From Candidatus Marsarchaeota archaeon (GTDB lineage Archaea > Micrarchaeota > Micrarchaeia > Micrarchaeales > Micrarchaeaceae): a stretch of 64,000 bases of DNA. Below the pieces are notes generated by a model. That model ran no database searches. It was not told where the DNA came from and saw only the letters and a program-made list of their open reading frames with translations. The stretch spans positions 52,923 through 116,922 of the forward strand of contig JAMCYM010000001.1 of assembly GCA_023473665.1 (NCBI GenBank), given 5' to 3'. A program made the position numbers and the translations under genes. Below, in pieces: positions 61,894 through 64,000 of this stretch. Each line of letters opens with the position of its first letter. The stretch's first letter is position 1.

Positions 61894-62538
61894 ATGGGAG
61901 CTGAAGAGAAGGAACTAGTAATGCCAGGCGACAGGCTCTCCACAGAGGAGGAGTTCCTGCCTGCGTCGAACACGTACGTTGAATCTGGCAGCATCTACTC
62001 GCTCGTACCGGGCGAGCGCGTTGCAGGCGAAGGCAAGATAGGGGTCAAGAGCATAGGCAGGGAAATAACGAAGTTCAGGAAATCGATGCTCGTGCTTGGC
62101 ACTGTGATAGGCGACCTGAAGAGCGTGCTGTTCGTCAAGATCGACGACCTTGCGCTAGGCAACAAGGACTACATAGCGATAAAGGACGGCAAGGTAGTGC
62201 TTGCCGGCCATGGCGGCCCGCGCCCCGGTTTCCATGACAGGCGCGGCCCGCCAGGAAGGGAGCATGAACGCGAGGCCCGCCCCGCTGCATTGGGCGACAT
62301 ATTGCTCTCAAGGATACTGTTCGACGAGGGTGACTCATTCGTGCTTGACCTGCGCAGCCCGGAGTTAGGAGTGGTCTTTGCGCTGTGCGAAGAGTGCAAT
62401 TCGCCCCTCGAGGCGAGGCAGGACGGTACGCTTTACTGCCCGGCGTGCAAGCACGTCGAGCACAAGAAGGTCAGCAGCCTGTACGGCATGTCATCTGAAA
62501 TAAAGAAGGCATTGGCCGGAAATGCGGGGCTCGCTTAG
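61894..62538 (+). CDS. csl4: Exosome complex RNA-binding subunit Csl4
   Basis: 214 aa; N-terminal VMPGDRL, S1-like core, C-terminal zinc ribbon CEECNS ... CPACKH; contains a Gly/Pro/Arg-rich insertion. Confidence 0.75.
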   Translation: MGAEEKELVMPGDRLSTEEEFLPASNTYVESGSIYSLVPGERVAGEGKIGVKSIGREITKFRKSMLVLGTVIGDLKSVLFVKIDDLALGNKDYIAIKDGKVVLAGHGGPRPGFHDRRGPPGREHEREARPAALGDILLSRILFDEGDSFVLDLRSPELGVVFALCEECNSPLEARQDGTLYCPACKHVEHKKVSSLYGMSSEIKKALAGNAGLA

Positions 62539-62543
62539 ATTCG

Positions 62544-62822
62544 GTGGTTACCATGGAGATCAATACTATCAAGGAAGAGGGCAAGGAGCTGGTCATAGAG
62601 TTCGTTACCAAGGACATGACAATACTAGATTTGGTAGCAGGCGAGCTGCTGCAGAATGACGACGTGGAGTTCGCAGGCGTGGAGAAGGACCACCCTGAGA
62701 TAGGCAATCCGCGGCTTGTCATACGCACCTCCAAGAAAAAGCCGAAAGAGGCTCTGGAGAAGGCGCTTGAGAATATTGACGAGACATTTTCTGACATGAA
62801 GAAATCTTTCTCGAAGAAGTAG
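62544..62822 (+). CDS. rpoL: DNA-directed RNA polymerase subunit L (Rpo11)
   Basis: 92 aa; EGKELVIEFVTKDMTILDLVAGELL ... HPEIGNPRLVIRT pattern of RpoL/Rpb11. Confidence 0.8.
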   Translation: MVTMEINTIKEEGKELVIEFVTKDMTILDLVAGELLQNDDVEFAGVEKDHPEIGNPRLVIRTSKKKPKEALEKALENIDETFSDMKKSFSKK

Positions 62823-62827
62823 TTTCC

Positions 62828-63388
62828 GTGAAGTCCGGCGTACGCATGCTCGCTCTCGCGAGCGGGCCGATATACGGGCGCAGAAGGAAGCGCACTCTTG
62901 TTGTAGGCGTAGTCGGAAGGGCCGGCGTAGTCGAGGGCGTGCTCTCCGGCCGCGTGACCATAGATGGCGACGATTCGGCCAGCGTCGTGATACGCATGTT
63001 CAGGAAGTCGCGCTTCAAGGAGCAGATAAGGGCCATCGTGGTGAACGGCATAGCAATGGCCGGCCTGAACGTAATCGACGTGAAGGCAGTAGAGGACAAG
63101 GCGCACGTGCCGCTGATGGTGCTCACACGAATACGGCCTAATGTCAGTGATTTCATGAAGGCGCTTGACAATTACGGGAGCACCGGCAACCCCGTGCATG
63201 AAAGGAAGTCCCTCGTGGAACGCATGAACAAGGAACGAGGCTTCACGAAAATATCTGGGTTCTACGTGCAGTCAGGCATGAAGGCCGCTGAGCTTAAAGG
63301 CATAGTGCCCGCGGCGTTCGAATTGCTACGGCTCGCCCATCTCATAGCAAGGGGCATCAGCACCGGCATATCAAAAGGAAGAGTGTAA
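62828..63388 (+). CDS. UPF0215 / DUF99 family protein (endonuclease V-like fold)
   Basis: 186 aa; LVVGVVGRAGVVEGVLSGRVTIDGDD and IVVNGIAMAGLNVID are typical of DUF99; GTG start. Confidence 0.7.
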   Translation: MKSGVRMLALASGPIYGRRRKRTLVVGVVGRAGVVEGVLSGRVTIDGDDSASVVIRMFRKSRFKEQIRAIVVNGIAMAGLNVIDVKAVEDKAHVPLMVLTRIRPNVSDFMKALDNYGSTGNPVHERKSLVERMNKERGFTKISGFYVQSGMKAAELKGIVPAAFELLRLAHLIARGISTGISKGRV

Positions 63389-63399
63389 GAAGGCCCGCA

Positions 63400-63437
63400 G
63401 CCGGCTGGCTTCCGGCAACATTTCCAATAATTTTTTT
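63400..63437 (+). terminator. Hairpin plus T7 run after the Csl4-RpoL-DUF99 operon
   Basis: GCCGG / CCGGC stem (63400-63416) followed by TTTTTTT at 63431-63437. Confidence 0.4.
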
Positions 63438-63454
63438 CGCCGTGGCGCAGCAAG

Positions 63455-63462
63455 CTATAAAT
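63455..63462 (+). promoter_or_regulatory. TATA box of the 16S rRNA gene
   Basis: CTATAAAT about 165 nt upstream of the 16S 5' end. Confidence 0.45.
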
Positions 63463-63624
63463 ACTTTCTTATGAGCAAATACTATCGCTCATTGCTGTTT
63501 TTGCTGAGCGAGCATCGAGCATCTAGCATGCCCGATGCCCAATGAAAATTCCTGCTTGGAATTGGATGCAGTCTTGAGGAGTGCAATAAGGTACCGACAA
63601 TTGCGATGCGGCTTTCAGCAATCG

Positions 63625-64000
63625 ACTCCAGTCGATGCTGCTGGAGGACACTGCTATCAGATTTCGACAGCCATGCAAGTCTGCTCTATGGCTTCATAGG
63701 GCGGCGTACGGCTCAGTAACGCGTAGTCAATCTAACGCACGGAGGAGCACACCCCCGGGAAACTGGGGTTAATTCTCCATAAGCAAGGGCATCTGGAAGG
63801 AGCCCTTGCCAAAAGGGGCGCAAAATGCAGCGCTTCCGCCATGCGATGAGACTGCGTCGGATCAGGCAGATGGCGGGGTAACGGCCCACCATACCGATAA
63901 CCCGTAGGGGATATGGGAGTATGAGCCCCGAGAAGGGCACTGAGACAAGGGCCCTAGCGCTACGGCGTGCAGCAGGCGCGCAAACTCCACAATGCGCGTA
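63625..64000 (+). rRNA. 16S ribosomal RNA, 5' part (runs off the window)
   Basis: ACTCCAGTCGATGCTGCTGGAGG...GCCATGCAAGTC...GGCTCAGTAACGCGT...CTACGGCGTGCAGCAGGCGCG align by eye with the archaeal 16S 5' domain. Confidence 0.88.

Noticed and set aside
63713-63940. 75-aa minus-strand ORF
   Set aside because: It lies inside the 16S rRNA 5' domain.

Overview
The window is a gene-dense archaeal chromosome segment. Evidence: archaeal r-proteins L30e, L7Ae, S28e, L24e and L37Ae; aEF-2, aIF-1A and aIF-2beta; the Rrp4/Rrp41/Rrp42/Csl4 exosome; RNAP subunits K, L and P; Orc1/Cdc6; TATA-box promoters; intron-containing tRNAs. The 23S rRNA (about 36416-39250, +) and the 5' part of the 16S rRNA (63625 to window end, +) lie about 24 kb apart with no 5S. 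Both look strongly divergent by eye, which suggests a fast-evolving, possibly DPANN-like lineage; that is an inference, not a computed result.

Main blocks:
- A minus-strand suf operon (sufB-sufD-HTH-sufC-sufS-sufU).
- Amino-acid catabolism genes: aldehyde/P5C dehydrogenase, GDH, a class III aminotransferase, and ADP-forming acetyl-CoA synthetase.
- SMC, and the L30e-S12-S7-EF2 and L7Ae-S28e-L24e clusters.
- FtsZ and deoxyhypusine synthase.
- The exosome/proteasome/RNase P superoperon with Orc1/Cdc6 embedded in it.
- The L1-P0-P1 cluster and Csl4-RpoL-DUF99.
- RNA genes outside the ORF track: four tRNAs and an SRP RNA. The tRNAs are Leu-TAA with a non-canonical D-loop intron, Ser-GCT, Tyr-GTA with a canonical intron, and Asp-GTC.

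Most interesting observations:
1. An unannotated box C/D sRNA (40846-40900). Its two 12-nt guides match 23S helix 69 and the wobble position of tRNA-Leu.
2. An AT-richer three-gene locus next to tRNA-Leu. It holds an HExxH protein, divergently transcribed from a translationally coupled DUF6884-like plus GIY-YIG nuclease pair. This is the best candidate for an uncharacterised system.
3. A K-turn-like hairpin in the L7Ae leader.
4. A polytopic-membrane tandem AAA+ (Cdc48-like) ATPase.
5. Substitutions at near-universal 23S peptidyl-transferase-centre positions.
6. A 9 x 78-bp near-identical tandem coding repeat.
7. Several small or uncharacterised proteins.

All calls come from reading the sequence and translations by eye. 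No database search was run, and RNA ends are approximate.
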